Below, piece by piece: positions 13,321-26,340 of a DNA stretch of 64,000 bases. The position numbers and the translations under genes were made by a program. Positions within the stretch are counted from its first letter, which is position 1; each line of letters begins with the position of its first letter. Under the pieces are notes generated by a model, which saw only the letters and a list, made by a program, of their open reading frames with translations, made no database searches and was not told the origin of the DNA. The DNA lies in NCBI RefSeq assembly GCF_018350175.1, contig NC_058368.1, forward strand, positions 215,762,001 to 215,826,000, in the 5' to 3' direction. This DNA comes from Felis catus (lineage: Eukaryota).

Positions 13321-13729
13321 CAGAAGGCCTCCTTTTCTTTTTTAATAAGATACAAAGTTATGAGTAAATATGGTCACAGAAATACATGACAAATATTGGA
13401 TACTGGTTTCATAAAAAATAATTATAAATATTGGCAGTCAGGGGCTTAAATATAGGCCCCATGAAAGGAGAAATAAAATAAGAACATGCACACATTAACA
13501 CTTTTGTTAAGCTATAAAATTTAATTAGTCTGATACTTTAGTATTGAAGTTGAATATTAATAGTAAAAACTTTGTTTTTATAATTTCTCTACACTTACGA
13601 ATTGTATGTGCCTAAATAAAGATGAGACTATAATATTAGGGACAAAATATTCCAAATAAGTATTCTCTAAAACATTTTTCAGAAATGTGTAACTACTACC
13701 ATTTGTCCTTAAATATATTTATTCATCTT

Positions 13730-13936
13730 TTTTTTTTACGCTTATTTATTTATTTTGAGAGAGAGAGAGAGAGAGGGAGGGAGGAAGGGGAACAGGGAGA
13801 GAGAGAATCCCAAGCAGGTTCCGCACTCAGTGCAGATCTCTTCCCAGGGCTTGAATTCACAGTGTGAGATCATGACCTGAACTGAAATCAAGAGTCAGAT
13901 GCTTAACCGACTGAGCCATAAATAAAAAGGTGCCCC
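13730..13936 (-). mobile_element. Can-SINE
   Basis: Canonical body ending aggtgcccc; TSD tatttattcatctt (13716-13729 / 13937-13950). Confidence 0.95.
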
Positions 13937-14909
13937 TATTTATTCATCTTCAATCACTAAATTATTCAATATGTATAACGAATATTTGCAATGAATTTAT
14001 ATTTATAAATATGGCAGAATATATAGCTTAAGACATATTGTATCAGTTTGGAAAGAGAAAAATGTCTTCATTAAATAATTTTGTGAAAAAGCAAGACTAT
14101 CTTAAACTGAATGTCAAGATTTGTGCCATATAATAAGAAATACAGAAGGAATTTGAAGGAAAGAAACTCTAGGCAGTCTGGGTATTGGAAATACATTTCT
14201 TACATTACATCAGATACGTGTAGATGAGTGTACCCCTATTCATACATTAGGAAGAAGAAATTTCAAAGATGTAACAACATGAGAAACATAGGGCAACTAT
14301 GTCTGATCTCAGTGATTGGCAAACATTCTGGGATGGTGGATGATGCAATTTGGGGAAAATCTGGAGAGTTACACTTTATAATTTTGCAAAGAAATAGAAT
14401 TGAATTCTACATAACACTGCCAAAGAATACCAAATTTCTATGTTTTGAAAATTAATCTTTTGCTATTAGCTTTTAAACTAAATCTCTAAAATATTGGCAT
14501 ATTCCACTTATACTTTGATATCTCTAGAGTGACTTCATGTGGAGGACTTCAATATTCATTTTTTAAAAATTCATCATCATTGTAGGCCAAAACATTGGAT
14601 GCCATTAACTTACCTTTTATTCTCATGCTTGAAAAGCTAAAACCCATCCTCTCCTGGGAAGATAAGCATTTCTATTGGGGTCTTCCTGGGAGTGCTCATT
14701 AATGAAAGCTTCTCCATTTGTGTAATTTGAAAAATAAAAGAAAGTATAGGATGGAGTTTATCACTTTTATTGAAGAGAGTAGCTAAATTGGATGAGTTTT
14801 TAATATAAGACAAATATATCTAACACAATCACAGGTTAAGGTTGATTTACCTATTTGTAGGCAGGAGTCTGCACATCTAAGATAATCATGATGGAGGAGA
14901 ACAAGTACT

Positions 14910-15136
14910 TTTTAATTTTATTTTAATTTTTTTAATGTTTATTTATTTTTGAGAGAGAGAGAGAACCAGAGCATGATCAGGGGAGAGGTGGAGAGAGGGA
15001 GACACAGAATCCAAAGCAGGTTCCAGGCTCTGAGCTGTCAGCACAAAGCCCGATGCAAGGCTTGAACCCACAAACTGTGAGATAATGACCTGAGCCAAAG
15101 TTGGACGCTTAACTGACTGAGCCACCCAGGTGCCCC
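14910..15136 (-). mobile_element. Can-SINE (SINEC_Fc-type)
   Basis: Canonical body ending gagccacccaggtgcccc; imperfect TSD gagaacaagtacttt / gagaataggtacttt. Confidence 0.95.
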
Positions 15137-16472
15137 AGAGAATAGGTACTTTCTGAGAGCAATAACTACCAAGAAGAGTTTAGAAAGAAATTGTAAGCTA
15201 ATACTTTGTTTAAATCTGTTTCTATAAAGTTAGAGGGTTATATTGTTTGTAAACGTTTGATTATTAAATGTACTAAATGCAAATATAACTAAGTATTCAT
15301 CCACATTTTAAAACATAATATTAAAGCCAGAGTTCACAAAGGAAAACATTTCTATAAACAAATTCATGTTTAAACTACTTCCGATGGTCCATTATATAAA
15401 CTTATATGCCATGCATGAAAGGTAATGTCTTTAATATAAATACAGTTTTCTTAAATCAGTGAAGAATTATGAAAAATTGGCCAATACTTTCACAAATAGT
15501 TCAGGATGAAATAATACAATAAAACCACAATAGTAAACTTATTGGTAATAAAAGAACTGTATTTAGTGAACTATCTGGCTAATATTTAGTTTGTCATGTT
15601 AAAGTGAAGATTTCCTTTCAGGTTCACCTTTTGGAGATCCTTTTATCATTAATTATTTTCTCACATGTATAGTTTATTTTTGGTGTAATAAACCTTATAA
15701 TTACCGTTTAGCTTTCTTGGAACAGTTCATTTTTTCATATTTATTTATTCATATTATTTTCCCTTAGTTAATTTTCGAGTTGGTCTTATTTTGGGATATC
15801 CCTTGATTCTTATAATAAAACAATAAAAGTGTATCCTTTCAATTTCCCATGTTGGAGAGATTAAGAAAGAGTAAATACTTTCTTAAACGTTATATAGTTG
15901 GAATATTAGAAACCTTGACATTTTTTTCAGTGCATAGTATTTTTGAGTAAAATACACAGAATTTTCTTCTGTAAGGACTTTACTTGTCCCATAGTGTGTT
16001 TGAAGGATTTTAAATGTAAATAATTACTTTTACATGATACTATCATTTTCATATACTCACTTGATTTCTCCAAATACATGTATTCAGTTTTTACATCAAA
16101 AAAAATGTATATATACTTCTTTGGGTGCTATATGTTCTTTATAAAATATCATACACAGAATTTTAGTCTGACATATGTAGTTTCCTCTTTTTAGCAAAAA
16201 AATAATTTGTGAACTTTTCTTATATTTGAGGAGTTATAAATTCTATTGAACCTATAAATAAGGGAAACATGCAAGTGATGATTTGTATGCATGTGTGCAT
16301 GTATGCACTCATTTAGGTTTCTTCAATGCCAAAGTTCACAGATACTTTGTTGCAAAAAGTAAGACCACAGTAAGTCTTACTAGACCACAGTAAGTTTAGT
16401 TAACAGAGGAAATTTGTAATGTTCTTAACATTCTTTTCAGTTGTCCTTCTTTGCACTTTCCCCCCTAACACA

Positions 16473-16521
16473 TTGTTGTTGTTGTTGTTGTTGTTTCTGT
16501 TGTTGTTTTGTTTTTTGTTTT
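16473..16521. repeat. (GTT)n microsatellite
   Basis: ttgttgttgttgttgttgttgtttctgttgttgttttg. Confidence 0.85.
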
Positions 16522-17109
16522 CACAAAATGCTACACTATTCAAACACCTTGATTTTTAGAGTTCGAGGATGGTTGTGAAAGGGTAGGTTAATTTTCACAG
16601 AGTTCTAGGATCCTCCCAGAAAGAGAATCATTAAGACTCTAAATCTTTTCAGTTTGTAATTTAAGGTTATTGGATATTGTCCAAAGATTTTAGATGGCCC
16701 AGCTGAAATGGTTGGCAATCATAAACATGAAGATTTGTCTTCTAACCACCGCTTCTAAGATTAAGCCCATCAAAAGAAAAGAGGATTGTTATCAAGTGAA
16801 TCAGGCTTAACCTTACCACCCAGATGCCTGATGAATCAACCTGAGGTCTGGGCACAGTATAATGGTAGGCAGCCAATACCGTCTCACTGACATGATGGAC
16901 AAGCTTTCTAGGTTTTGATCTTCCATGTATTTTCAAGGTAAGGAGCTATGTAGCCTCAGTGTCCTGAATGATTTTTAATTTGGGACTTCTTTCATGGGTA
17001 TGCCACTGAGGGAGTGAGATCACCATCACTTGATAAACCACAATAAACTGCTAAGATCTCTTATGATTTATTGTTTAAAAACTGGGGACTAAGATTTATT
17101 CTCAGAAAG

Positions 17110-18328
17110 GATATTTGCAAATGATATATCCAATAAGAGGTAAAAATCCAAAATACATAAAGAAGTTATACAACTCAACACCAAAAAAAAAAACAAAACA
17201 AAAAAAAACCAAACAAACCCACAAACAATCCTATTTAAAAATGGGCATAGGGCCTGAATAGACATTTTGCCAAAGAAGACATATAGACATAGAGCAAACA
17301 CATGAAAAGAGGCTCAACATCACTAATCATTAGAGAAATGCAAATCAAAACCACAATGAGATACCACCCTACACCTGTCAGAATGGCTAAAATTAAAAAA
17401 AAAAAGATAAGCAATAACAAGTGTAAGCAAGAATGTGGTAAAAAAGGAACCCTTGGGCACAATTGATGGCAATGCAAATTGGTGCAACCACTGTAGAAAA
17501 TAGTATGGGATTTCCTCAAAAAATTAAAACTAGATATGCCATACTGTCCAATAATTCTACTGCTGGGTGTTTGCCCAAAGAAAATGAAAATAATAATCTG
17601 AAAAGTTATATGTATACCTATGTTATTGCAGCATTATTTACAATAGTCATGATATGGAAGCAACTCAAGTGTTCATTCGTAGATGAATGGATAAGGACGA
17701 TGTGAGATATGCACACATGTGTATATGTAAGATTTGTACACATAATGTATTATATATGTGTACATTACATATGCATTGTGTGTACATATATACACACACA
17801 CTGTGTATACACACATACACACATGATAGAATACTACACAGTCACAGAAAAGGATGAGATCTTGCCATTTGTGACAACATGGACGACCTAGAGAACCTAG
17901 ATGGTATTATGCCAAGTGAAGTAAGTCAGACCAAGAAAGACAAGCACCATATGATTTCATTCATATGTGGGATCTGAAAAACAAAATAAGTGAGTAAACA
18001 AACAGAAAGCAGAATCAGACCTATAAATACAAGGAACCAACTGATGGTTGCCAGTGGGGAGGTGGTGGGGGGAGGGGATAGGCAAAATGGGTGAAGGGAA
18101 TTGGGAGATACAGGCTTACAGTTATTGAATGAATTAGTCACAGAAAAAAAAAAGGGAAAGCAGTGGGAATATAGTTAATGATACTGTAATACTGTTGCAT
18201 GGTGACAGATGGCGGCTACACTTTGGTGAGCAGAGGATGACCTACAGAGTAGTTGGATTCACTTGTACATTGTACACTTGGAACTAAGATAACATTATGT
18301 GTCAATTACACTCTAATAAAAGAATAAG
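17110..18328 (+). mobile_element. 5'-truncated carnivore L1 (ORF2 end plus 3'UTR)
   Basis: gatatttgcaaatgatatatcc...catgaaaagaggctcaacatcactaatc...gatgaatggataagg...; 17-bp TSD gatttattctcagaaag (17093-17109 / 18329-18345); internal CA/TA tract at 17708-17824. Confidence 0.95.
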
Positions 18329-19369
18329 GATTTATTCTCAGAAAGAAGCCTTGTGAGATTTCTTTCCCTGCATTCTTTAAAAAAAGAATTAATTATGGGA
18401 ATAGCAGGGACAAATCCTAGGTTCTTGTGGCCTTGTTTCTAATTTGACAGTGTCTTAGACAAATATAAATGATTATAGTGGAAACTGAGCCCAGAGTTAT
18501 TTGAAATCAAGGAAAAAGATTCACATTGAGGGGCTGGTTTTAGGTATAGTTGACGGTTTCAAGAAAGAAAATAGACTTCACCACAAGCTTGGCATGTGGA
18601 CTTCTAAGCAAGAGGTTTGGACACTTTAAAAATCAGTACATTATTTGTAACTCAAACTAACTTTACAGATACTGAGAAAAATATAAGCTTTAAAACAACA
18701 TAGGCCTATGGAATAAACATTAATTAAGTCAATAATTTTTAGTACATTGAATTAAAAAGCTAACATGGTCGAGGAAAAGACAAGGTTCTATATAGATTAA
18801 ATGCAGATATATTAACAGAACATTATTATCTGGTCAGAGTAAACTGCAAAATGCACTTTGATGACATTTTAGAGTGAGTTTTCTTACTGTTTACAATCAC
18901 CTCATCAAGGTATTAAAGAGAAAAGAGAAGAAATTGTTCCACTTCAAGAAATGCAAGCAATGCCATTACACAGATGAGTGAATGCCAACCATTTGTCTCT
19001 TTTCTTTATTATTCCAGGTTCCTCCCTTTTCCCATTATGCCTATATTTCATGGGTATTTTCTTCTTACACACACCCAGGCTGGTCTCAATATAGTTAATA
19101 AGCACAACATAATTGCACAAAAATGGCTCCTTTTCCTGTGTGAGTGACTGGCATACTGGCAAAATATATGTTACTTTATGTTCTCTATTCAAGATTATTC
19201 ATATTAGAGTGTTGGAGATTTATTTTTCTACTAGCAGGATTAAATAGATAGTATAAAATGCCACCTATATCTTTTAAGTTAATTTTATAATCTCATTTTC
19301 TTAAGTTTAGGTCTTTAAAGAATAAATATCTCTGAAAAAATCATTTATCTAAAATTTTGCTAATTGCAG

Positions 19370-19930
19370 GGAATGGTAATATAGTTAAAAGTGGTAATAG
19401 AGGGCATAAGGCAGTAGATATGAAAAAGAAGTGGCCGTATTTAAGAGATAAGAAGAAATCAAATCAAAACAGCTTTATAATTGGTTGGAAGAGAATGAGA
19501 AAATAAAGAGGGATAATTTAAAGTTGATACCCAGTAAGGCTGGTGTAATATAAATTTGGATAGGAAAAATAGAGATTTATGAGGAAATATGATAAGCTGA
19601 GGTTTGAACATGTTAAGCTTGAGAGACCTGGGGGACATTCAAGTGACAGTTCAAACCATGACACTATAAACCATTTTCACAAGACATCTGGCTAAATACA
19701 GGAGCGGGATTACACCATCATACAGTTACTATCACCAAGTTACTGGGTGGGATTATCACAGGAAGTTTAGTAAGAACAAGGGAAGATCTAATGCATAAAC
19801 CTCTGAGACACAAATACATCATTGATTGGCAGAAAGTGAGGTTTGTCCCAAAAAAGAAGTCAGGGGAAGAGATCTTCCCACAAGACCTGGTAGTGAGGAA
19901 CATGCATATTTGACAAATGGAAAGAATCCC
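19370..19930 (-). mobile_element. L2 fragment
   Basis: gatgaggaaatatgataagctgaggtttgaacatgttaagcttgagagacctgggggacattcaagtg is a typical antisense L2 block. Confidence 0.55.
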
Positions 19931-21314
19931 ACCATGGCTAAAGGTGAAAATTCAGAATTCATATCTAGAGTAGAAAACTGAAATCCAAATGACTTATGGT
20001 CTCTAACCTCAGAGAAATTGATAGCCTGAACACCTTGGGTTAATAGTTATTTTGTAAAGAGGAGAATATTGGACTGAGAAATTATTATCCATAAATCCCA
20101 TTCAGAGGAAACTAAAATGCTATTGCTTTATTCTGTAAAATAATGACATAAAGGAACCGACTTGGAAAATTGACCAAGGCATTGAAATATATTAAAATTG
20201 TGACATAAGCATTTTTGAACAAAAATCGTTTTATTCTGGAGAGAGTTTCATTATTTTCCATTAGTGTTTTGAAGGTTTTTTTTTTTGTTTCCTTCTGCTG
20301 ATATTCAGTGGTTTGTATTTCAACATATTTAATATAGACATCATAGGGTACAGTTACTGTTTATTATGTTTCATAATTATCTATACTTCATAAAATTTAA
20401 AAATATTGGAGACATGTATGCATGCATAGTGTGCTACATCATTTTTTTCTATACATCATCTTTTTAAAACCAGGTCATTCTTCACTAAACTCTGATATGG
20501 GCATTGTTGAAATATTCACATTTTTGGCTATTACATTTTATTTTTTTCTTCTACTCTATCTTACACATGTAATTTATTTTATCTCTCAATAGTTTAAATG
20601 TGGTTTAACTTTTTAAATTAATGTTTCAGAATATGAAAAGCAGGAAATAAATTAAGAGAGGTCAGTTCTTTGAATTAAATAAAATTAACTCTTGGGAAAA
20701 AATCATAAATCTTTCATGGTGGCTGAATACAGAGTGCTTAACTCTATTAATTTGTAGACATAATTGAAAATAATGAATAATGCTTCCTCTAGATTGGGAT
20801 ATACGTTTTGAAAGAAAGTAAGACTTTTCCTTAGTTCAAACACAGATCTTAAAATTTATTATGGTTTTCTGTTTTTGTTTGTTTGTTTGCAAAAATTATT
20901 TTTCAAGTGCTCTGGCTACAAATTTTAGGTTACATTTATAATAAATTATATTCAGTAAGCAGTACAGCATGCAGTAGACTTCAGGAAAAGATACTGACCA
21001 GGTTCCCCTAAGTTGTACACCTTATAATTTTTTTCCTTTTCTTTGTTTCATATTATCTGCTTTTTCATAATGTGATTTTTTCCCCTTTCTGAATTCATGT
21101 ACACAGGAAGAAAGAATTCAGAGATTGACTTATAGTTTCCTACTTCAAATCAATATATACTAGGTTCTGTTGTCCTCCTCATAATGAAAGAATTATAATT
21201 CAGGAAACCCATCCAAGTAAGATAACATCATTTCAGATATTATGTACAACTTAAAAACAAGTATAATATTTTTAAATGTTCAAGCAAAAGTATTTATTAA
21301 AAGTGACTACTCCA

Positions 21315-21578
21315 AGGGCACCTGGGTGGCTCAGTCTGTTGAGCATCGAACTCTTGATTTCGGCTCAGGTCATAATTCCACGGTTGTGGGACCAAGCCCT
21401 GTGTCAGGCTCCACACCAAGCGTGGAGCCGGCTTAAGATTCTCTCTCTTTCTCTCTCTCTCTCTCTTGCTCTCTCTCTCTCTTTCTCTGCCTCTCTCTCT
21501 CTCCTTCTTTGCCTCTTTCAGTCTCACTCTCTCTAAAAAAGATAAATAAAAGCAAAAAACAAACCAAAACACCCCAAG
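21315..21578 (+). mobile_element. Can-SINE
   Basis: agggcacctgggtggctcagtc...; long (CT)n; perfect 14-bp TSD aagtgactactcca (21301-21314 / 21579-21592). Confidence 0.96.
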
Positions 21579-21872
21579 AAGTGACTACTCCATAAACTCT
21601 GTCAACTAACATTGTAAAATACGACACCAAAATTCAGCAAATATAACATAATTGGACTCTTTTGTGTGCTTTCAAATATACCGTATGTAAAAGGTCATAT
21701 CTATTATCTGTCATCTGTCTAGCTAATATATAAAAGCTGTTTTAAACAAATCCTCTTGTCCTTGAACTTACTACTTAGTTCCTTCAAAAACAAGGCATAC
21801 TCTTCAAAATGTGATATAGTATTGATGTGACGGTTTTCTTGGTCCTGACTCTGATGTAGAAACAACCAACAT

Positions 21873-22030
21873 GGGGTGCCGGGGTGGCTCATTGGGTTAA
21901 GTGGCTGAGGGTGGCTCAGGTCATGATCTCAGTGCTTGTGAGATCAAGCTCCCCATCGGACTCTGTTGACAGTGTAGGGTTTGCTGGGATTCTCTCTCTC
22001 TTTCAAGATAAATAAATAAACTTAAAAAAA
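21873..22030 (+). mobile_element. Short, diverged Can-SINE
   Basis: ggggtgccggggtggctcattgggttaag...ctcaggtcatgatctc...gggattctctctctc...aataaataaa. Confidence 0.88.
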
Positions 22031-22214
22031 GCAGCAACTAAAACATTTCATTCACGTCATAAAGTATGTGATAAAGTCTTATTTCACAATAGATATTACT
22101 TATCAGAAAATGAAGTTCATGTGAAAATAATGACTTGGTTATGAATTGATCCTTTAAAACATCATAAATAGGTCAAACTAGTTTATTTGATTTTTGAAAA
22201 TATGCTTTATTGTA

Positions 22215-22560
22215 AGAATTAGCACTAACCTCAAGTGGTCCGATCTTACTCCCTCTGGGCGTGTGGCAGGATAATGCTTCCCCACCTCCCTGAGGTCAGA
22301 TGTGGCCACACAACTTACACTGGCAATGAAATATGAATGCTACAAGTTTGTGACATCGTTGCCATAAACTTGAAGACAGAGTAAGTACATCCTTCTCTTG
22401 TTCCTCCTTTCCTCTGCCACAGTTACCCTCAGGTCATGGCTCAGATCATGATTACTTCATTTGCCTGTGCTTATGATAAGGATCATGAGAAACATGTCAC
22501 AAGAATGGAACTATAATGTTTATCTTTGTTATCAAAGCAGAAGGAAATGTGTTATAACAA
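22215..22560 (+). mobile_element. MaLR LTR, MLT1J-like
   Basis: cttccccacctccctgaggtcagatgtggccacacaact...ggcaatgaaatatgaatg...ttcctctgccacag. Confidence 0.55.
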
Positions 22561-22824
22561 TATTACTCGTTCCTTTCATTTACTTTGAAATATATTTTTA
22601 CGCTAAAATAAAACATTCCCATAGTGAATAGTTGTAACAAAGTACTTATGTCAGAACTAATGATTAAAATGGTACATTTGCGCGTTCATGAAACAAAGTC
22701 TCATTTATATTTATAAAATGAAGGATAATATATAACTTTAGATACTGAGACTTTACAATTTGATTAAAGCTTAAAATGCACAAAAATATTTATTCATTGA
22801 CTCACTGGTTCAAAAGATTCATTA

Positions 22825-22912
22825 ATTTTAAATGAGCTAATATGTGTAAAGCACTTGCAACAAGGCCTAACACATATTAAGAACTATAAAACTGTTAGCT
22901 GTTACTATTATT
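22825..22912 (+). mobile_element. MIR 3' end
   Basis: ttaaatgagctaatatgtgtaaagcacttgcaacaaggcctaacacatattaagaactataaaactgttagctgttactattatt. Confidence 0.75.
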
Positions 22913-23780
22913 TTTCATTTGACAAATACTTATCGGGTCCAATTTAATATTGTTCTAGGCCTCAGAAATATATCACAGAACAAAATGGGAAAAAACATTG
23001 CCATTGTGTACCTCGTATTCTTTTAGAATCAGACACATGATTCTGAAAAACAAGTGACTTATATAAAATTATTATGAAATAAAATTAAGCATGTGGGAGG
23101 ATTGGGGAGTCCATTGTTGCAAGAAGGGCGTTCAGTTTTAAATACATAGAAAGGGATGGTTTTATTCAAAAGGCAAAATTGGTCCAGATCTTAGAGTGGT
23201 CCAGCTATCTAGGTCTCTTGAGGAAATAGCTTTCTAAGTACATGGGCTACAGGATCAAAGTCCATTAGGTGGAGCGTACCTGGCAATGAGAATGAAGGAA
23301 GGTGGCCAGGACAGCTGGCTTCTAGTGAGCAAGAGAGAGAATAGTGTAGTACAAGAAGGAAAGATGGAACCCATCTGGCTGTGGGTCAGATCCTGGAAGG
23401 ATTTCTAGGTTGGTCAGATAATTTAGATTAGTTCACTATGCACAGAAAACCACGGATAGGTTAAAGCATGGGATAGCCTGATGTGGTTTACATTTTGAAA
23501 GGTTCACTCTACTTGTTTAGGTTAAGTAGAATGTAAAGGGATAAAGACCTGAGGAGGTGAGATTAAAGGTTATTACAGTAGCTTGGACAAGGTGGTAACA
23601 GTGCGTGTCGTAAGAAGTGTTCAAGCATCGGTATGTTTTGAAGAGAGAACAAACAGTATTTGCTGATGGAATGAATGTAGAAAATGAAGAAAACCAAAGG
23701 AATCAAAGGTCAAGTGTTCTTTAACTGAGATGGGGCACATTGTGGAGGAAAGTGTTTGGCAGAGAAATGTCAGCTTGTCC
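22913..23780 (-). mobile_element. L2a 3' portion
   Basis: ttcatttgacaaatacttat start; tgatgtggtttacattttgaaaggttcactct; gcttggacaaggtggtaacagtg; gtatttgctgatggaatgaatgtag. Confidence 0.75.
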
Positions 23781-25025
23781 TAACTGCTCCATTAAAACTT
23801 TGTTTGATACCTTAATTAGAGATGTGTTTTCACGGCCTGGGTTAGTAGGACGTGAGTAGGACGTGTTGTCTTGGCTAAAATGAACACAGGCAGGATCAGA
23901 AACAGGAAGATACTGTGAATTTTTTTGTCTTTGTATAGGATCCTCCCCTGTCTCTCCAAGGACGGATCGCCCAGGACACTGTCAGATTTGTTTGGTCCCA
24001 TTGCTAATCTTCTTGCCTTTTTTACATTGATTCGCCTTCTGCTGACATTAAATACCATGTTGGAGTAAGAATCATTCTCAACGAGTTTTTTTACATTCAT
24101 TTTCACCTGATTTTTCAACCATAGTGTACGTTTTCCCTCCTTATAATGAAATAAACCACAGATCAATCCGATGTTTAATAAAAATGGATAAAGTTACAGA
24201 TATATTGAAAAAATGTAAGTGACTCTTTCTATTGGCTTTAAATGTGGAGAGTATAACAACATACAGTGTAAAAGAAAGAATAGGTAATATTGCATACAGA
24301 ATTACCTTTAAAAAAACAGTGTAAACTAATTGTCTGCCAGCTGAATAGTTCCTCCAACATATCTGCCCCCTTAGACAGTTGTTAATGAGAAGCTCCAAGG
24401 GGCCAAAACTTTAACCTGCAGTCATCACTTCATAGCTACTTATCCCTATCTGCTTTTACAACACACTGAGTGAATTGTTTGGTGGACACAACCCGTGAGG
24501 AGAGTCTTATATTTATTCAATGGTTAGAATTTCTGATTGTTCCCAAATTTCTTTGGAGCCTAGAGAAGCATTAGGTTCCACGAAGTAATGAAAAAGGCAT
24601 TATCTCCCCACACTGTCAGTCACATGTCTCTAATGCCCCAGAACAATTCTGCTTATGCTCAGTTTCACAAAGGATCTTTGAAAGTGTTCTGTCATAATTG
24701 CTCTAATTCTTGTATCTTTAGCTGCTACATATCACTTTAAGGGAATTTGTGGGTGACAAGAGTCATTTAAAACCCTCCATTCTTATCGTTTCTTCACCCT
24801 GATCCATTCCAAGAGATAAATAAGTTTGTTTGCTGATTAATTATGGCAAACATATCTGTATATGTAAATCGTTTGCTTTCTCTGGGATCTTAAATTTGAT
24901 TAAAATTTAGATAAAATATAACATGTGCAAGGTATTTTAGAATGTGATATTACATGATGCCACTTGTGAGTAAAGTCACAAATTCTTATATTGCTAAGAA
25001 AATTGTTTAAAAAATTATTCTTTTC

Positions 25026-25445
25026 AGACATACAGATAGCTAACAGACACATGAAAAGATGCTCAACATCACTCATCATCAGTGAAATACAAATCAAAAC
25101 TGCAATGAGATGCCACCTCACATTTGTCAGAATAGCTAAAATTAACACGGGAAACAACAGATGTTGGTGAGGATGCAGAGAAAGGGGAACCCTCTTATAT
25201 TGTAGGGATGCAAACTGGTACAATCACTCTGGAAAACAGTATCAATATTACTCAAAAAGTTAAAACTAGAACTATCTTTTGACCCATCACTTTCACTACT
25301 AGGAGTTTATCCAAAAGATACAAAAGTACTGATCCGAAGGGACACATGCACCCCGATGATTATAGCAGCATTATCAACAATAACCGAATTATGGAAAGAG
25401 CCCAAATTTCCACTGACTGATGAATGGATAAAGAAGTGAGATATG

Positions 25446-25483
<38 letters not shown>

Positions 25484-25682
25484 CATATACATATACATAT
25501 AATGTATATTTTCATAAATATAGTATCCAAAATATATAAAGAACTTACAAAACACCGCACACCAAAAATTAATAATCCAATAAGAAATGGGCAGAAGACA
25601 TGAATAGCCATTTTCCAAAGAACACATGCAGATGGCCAGTAGACACATGAAAAGATGCTCAGCCGCACTGACCATCATGGAA
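25026..25682 (+). mobile_element. Two out-of-order carnivore L1 ORF2 3' fragments joined by (TATACA)n
   Basis: 25026-25440 runs from agacacatgaaaagatgctc to gatgaatggataaagaag; 25521-25682 is the more upstream L1 segment (tagtatccaaaatatataaagaactta...). Confidence 0.9.
25441..25501. repeat. (TATACA)n microsatellite
   Basis: atatacatatacatatacat... Confidence 0.9.
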
Positions 25683-25784
25683 AGAATTTGCTTTGATACG
25701 CTATGAGATATTCGTACCTACCTGGATACAACGCCTTAGTAATTTCTGTTAGTATCTTTATTTTTTACTTATCAATACTATTAT

Positions 25785-25915
25785 CTGAAGGGGTACTGAA
25801 GCCTTAGTGGCATGCATTATCATGTTCAAAGACACCTGTCTATTAACTGAGCTGGCATTTGATCTAATAACTCTCTAATACCAAAGTCCATTCTCTTACA
25901 CTTTAGCACGCTGCC
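25785..25915 (-). mobile_element. MIR relic
   Basis: gtactgaagcct...gagctggcatttgatc...ccaaagtccattctcttacactttagcacgctgcc. Confidence 0.55.
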
Positions 25916-25989
25916 AAACAAACAAAAAAGAGGCAATGAAACACCAATCTGTTAATAAAATGGTGGAAGCAATTCACAAACCTAAAAAA

Positions 25990-26340
25990 GAGAATATGAA
26001 AATTCAATAAATATACACAAAACCTGTAGTTTTGTGGGATTCAAGGGAAAAGCTATGAAGATAATAGTAAAGGCTATTTGTCACTAACAAATTGGCTAAC
26101 ATTAACACCAAAGTTTAACGATATTGTGATGGAACAGGAAATCTCGTACACTGCAGAGCAGAATTCAAATCAGTATTGAAGTTTTAGTACAGCTTAATTT
26201 TTATCAAAAGCCGAAACATATGTTGTGTTATTTGATCCAACAATTCTACACTTCTTGTTTAGGACTCTGATCTTTGGAAATAATAAGAAAGTTATCTAAA
26301 TAGGTATGCCAACAACCATATCACAATACTATAAAAACAA
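25990..26340 (+). mobile_element. L1ME-like 3' relic
   Basis: aaattggctaacatt...ggaacaggaaatctcgtacactgc...tttgatccaacaattctacacttct. Confidence 0.5.

Noticed and set aside
16645..16943. Possible exon between ttttcag (~16652) and a strong donor caag|gtaagg (GT at 16938)
   Set aside because: No convincing reading frame or recognisable peptide; such signals occur by chance in 64 kb.
23816..24166. 116-aa minus-strand ORF
   Set aside because: Non-ATG start, no recognisable domain and no exon-structure support.
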